From contig JALDZX010000045.1 of the NCBI GenBank assembly GCA_022813865.1, forward strand, positions 62,001 to 126,000: a stretch of DNA of 64,000 nt. Direction: 5' to 3'. A program made the translations under genes and the position numbers. The notes under the pieces were generated by a model. It worked only from the letters and a program-made list of their open reading frames with translations, was not told the origin of the DNA and ran no database searches. Below are positions 60,796 to 64,000 of the stretch, piece by piece (the stretch's first letter is position 1; every line of letters starts with the position of its first letter). The DNA is from Xylographa opegraphella. Its lineage: Eukaryota.

Positions 60796-63700
60796 ATGGT
60801 CTTTCTGTCGATCTGTACGGCACTTTACGACTATGTGCCCCAAGGTGAAGGAGAGCTAGCAATAAATGAAGGGGAACTAGTTTACATTGTTGAGAAAAGT
60901 ACAGAGGATGACTGGTGGAAGGCGAAGAAGAAGGCCCCTGGCGAGGAGGACGAGGAGCCGGTGGGCCTGATACCCAATAACTATGTAGAGGAGGTGAGGC
61001 AAATCCAAATCATTGAATTGCGAACCTCCGCCAACGAAATCCGGCCATTCCCCTAATTCGCAGTTTTCGTTGCTCAGTTGCAGAGCTTGCCACACGAACT
61101 ACAACTAATAGTACTTCATCTGCAGGCTCAACCGTTACTTCATGCGAAGGCGTTATACGATTATTCTCGGCAAACTGATGAGGAGTTGTCCTTCTCAGAG
61201 GACGCGGAGTTGGAAGTTTATGATATTTCAGATCCTGACTGGACGTTGGTGGGACTCGACGGAGAGTATGGATTCGCGCCATCAAATTACATCGAAATCA
61301 AGCATTCGACAGAGCGCTCTTCTCCGCAGGATTCTGTGGCTCCAAGATTGCCTGAACGCGATTCAGAGCAAGAGCTACCATCAACCTCATCATCCCCTAT
61401 CGGCTCGCCACAGAATCCCGCCGCCGCTCTTGCCGGCATACTCCACAAACAAGCAACTGGCGCGTCCTCGAGTACCCAAAGATCTTTGCCGCCAACTCCC
61501 AACCTGCCTGTACGAAATCCGCAGTATACACCGGAAGCATCAGATGAGGAGAACCCCCCTCCTTCACTTCCTCAAAGACCCGTCTCGCAGCAAACGTCAC
61601 CAAATGTAGCGCAGTACGAATCGCCTCGAAGTCCCGACACTCCAGGTGTTATTGCCTCTCCACCCTACAATCGAGCTCGAAATAATGACGATGAAGAGCA
61701 ACCTTCGCGAGGAGGGTTTCACTTGTACAACATCAATGAAATGGTGTCTGTAATGGGGAAGCAGAAGAAGATGCCCACTACGCTTGGAATCAATCTTGCC
61801 ACTGGGGTCATTATGATTGCACCAGAAAAGTCCCGGGATGGGCCACAGCAAGAGTGGACGGCCGAAAAGCTTACTCATTATTCGATCGAGGGCAAGCACG
61901 TTTTCATGGAGCTTTTACGACCCAGTAAAAGTCTTGATCTCCACGCGGGCGCAAAGGATACTGCTCAAGAAATAGTCGGTGCTTTGGGCGAATTAGCAGG
62001 CGCCGCAAGGGCAGAAGGCTTACGAGAAGTTATCGCTGCAGGCTCGGGGACTAAAGCGCAACGAAAGGGCCATATTCTCTATGATTTCATGGCACAGGGA
62101 AATGATGAGGTGACGGTGGCTGTTGGCGACGAGGTGATTGTCCTCGATGATAGTACAGAAGAATGGTGGCAAGTACGGCGTCTCAAAAATGGGAAAGAGG
62201 GAGTGGTGCCTGGCAGTTACGTGGAAGCCACAGGATTCGTCGCGCCAAATCCTCCGAGTAGTTCCGGCCTAAACGCAGGCCGGTCTACAACAGAAAAAAA
62301 CCGACTTGAGGAAGACCGTCAGACTCGGGAAGCTATCAGGCTCTCAAAGAAAAGTGAAGGCACTGAATCAAAGGGTTCAGAGGTAGGCCCAGGAGTGAAA
62401 TTGCCCACAAGAGGTAGCAGCTTGATGGGAGCTCAAGATAATAACGATTCGTCTTTACAGCAAAACAAGCGAGATAGCCGCTCCAGCACCAAGCCGAGTA
62501 CATCTTCGTCCTCGAAGTCAAGTATGTTTCCTTTCCGGATGTGTGAACTTTGACTGACACAAGTACAGAGCCTGAGGTAGGAAGAACCCGTACGTGGACG
62601 GATAGATCTGGGTCTTTCAAGGTTGATGCAGAATTCATTGGTTTGAAGGATGGAAAAATCCATCTACACAAGCTTAACGGAGTAAAAATCGCAGTACCTG
62701 TTGTAAAGATGGCTATCGAAGACCTTGAATATGTTGAAAAGATGACGGGCGTATCGCTCGACGAAGATAAGCCTCTTTCAGACATTCGACGAAAAAGCCA
62801 GAAAGAAACTCAAGCAAAGGAAAACGGCAAGGTACAGTCCTCGAACGCATCTGAATCTAATATATCGGCACTACTGGCAGCACAACAGACAAAAAAACCC
62901 GACTACGACTGGTTCGATTTCTTCTTGAAGTGTGGCGTCAGCCCTTATCACTGCGACAGGTATAGCTCAGCTTTCAATCGTGACTCCATGGATGAAAGTG
63001 TACTTCCTGATATTACCCCACCAGTGATGCGTACACTTGGTTTAAAAGAAGGGGACATTCTCAAAGTTATGAAATATCTCGACAGTAAATTCGGCCGCTC
63101 TAACACCAAGTCAAAGTTGCGAAATGTTAGCTTTGGAGGCGAAGAATACTTCGGGAATGAAGATGGAAATGGCGCTGCAACGTCTCCAGGAGGGGGATTG
63201 TTTTCCGGTCCTGGCGGAGCTTTAAGAAACAACACACGAAAGGGACGTCCAGCTCCTACTGTCCAGACGAATGATACCGTTGATCCGGAAGCCTTCAAGC
63301 AAAGGGGCGAGGCGTCGCCCCCAAAACCTGTTGCAAAGGACAAATCTATCACACCATTAGCATCCGTTCCACCACCCGTAAGTAAGAGTTCTGGTGGTTT
63401 TGACGATGACGCATGGGACGTAAAGCCTTCGAAGCAGCGAAGAACCGATACACTGCCACTGACTGTCACGACCCCTGCGCCTACTGTGGCTACCCCTCAG
63501 CCTAAGCCCGCCACCGCGCCATCATCTCAACCTGCGTTGACTGGAACAATGGCAGACCTCTCCTTGCTTTCGCAGCCCTTGCAGCCTGTGGTAGCACACA
63601 ACATGGGGCAATCCTCCGCGACTCAAAATCAGCAACAGATAGGGCCACAGCAGACAGCCCAACAACAGGGACAGTTCCAAAACCCAGTACAGCAGCAACC

Positions 63701-64000
63701 ACTACCCACTATGCCTCAACAACAGCAAGCTCAACCGTTGCAGCAGCCCCCTGGAGCGTCTCCATCTTTCTTTGCCTCTCTCGGGCCCCAAACGAGCGGC
63801 GGACAGCAGCAATTAAATTATGGTTCACAGCCTCAATTTCCTCAAGTTTTCAATGCACAACCTACTGGCATAAGTCAACAGCAGAACTATAACCCCCAAC
63901 AGCAACAGCAACAACCACCGCAACCTCAGAGCTTGAACCCACAATCCACAGGATTCAATCAACCCCAATTCCAGCTCAATTCAGCGCCACGCCAGCGGCC
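60796..64000 (+). CDS. SLA1: Endocytic adaptor Sla1 (runs off the window end)
   Basis: Three SH3 domains (ALYDY..DDWW..GLIPNNY; ALYDY..FAPSNY; LYDF..EEWW..VPGSY), SHD1 (RTWTDRSGSFKVDAEFIGLKDGKIHLHKLNG), SAM-like YDWFDFFLKCGV and a Gln/Pro-rich tail. Confidence 0.96.

Overview
Intron-rich genomic DNA from a filamentous ascomycete (Pezizomycotina-type genes, short GT-AG introns with CTRAC/CTAAC branch sites), with a 4-nt N gap at 3526-3529. About 22 intact genes are recognisable. These include a paxillin-like LIM protein, INO1, a MEIOB-like OB-fold protein, an EamA/SLC35F transporter, a DUF2235 hydrolase, a PpoC-type dioxygenase-P450 fusion, a GH43, a short SREBP-type bHLH, a methyltransferase, NTH1/NTG1, a FAM32A-like protein, NRK1, HCS1, a glutathione peroxidase, ERG28, the dynein intermediate chain, ATP synthase subunit e, PMT4 and SLA1 (runs off the end). 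Three genes look disabled: a membrane protein, a BTB protein and an ERG26-like gene. No tRNA, rRNA, CRISPR or intact transposon was seen. The best leads are (1) a spliced, ACG-initiated 32-codon uORF just upstream of INO1, (2) repeated C-rich-to-G-rich strand-skew units about 1 kb long that override codon choice, (3) a 10R-type dioxygenase that keeps its P450 cysteine, (4) an ERG26-like pseudogene next to ERG28, and (5) orphan membrane microproteins in the first 5 kb. Identifications are by motif recognition only, and exon boundaries were read by eye.
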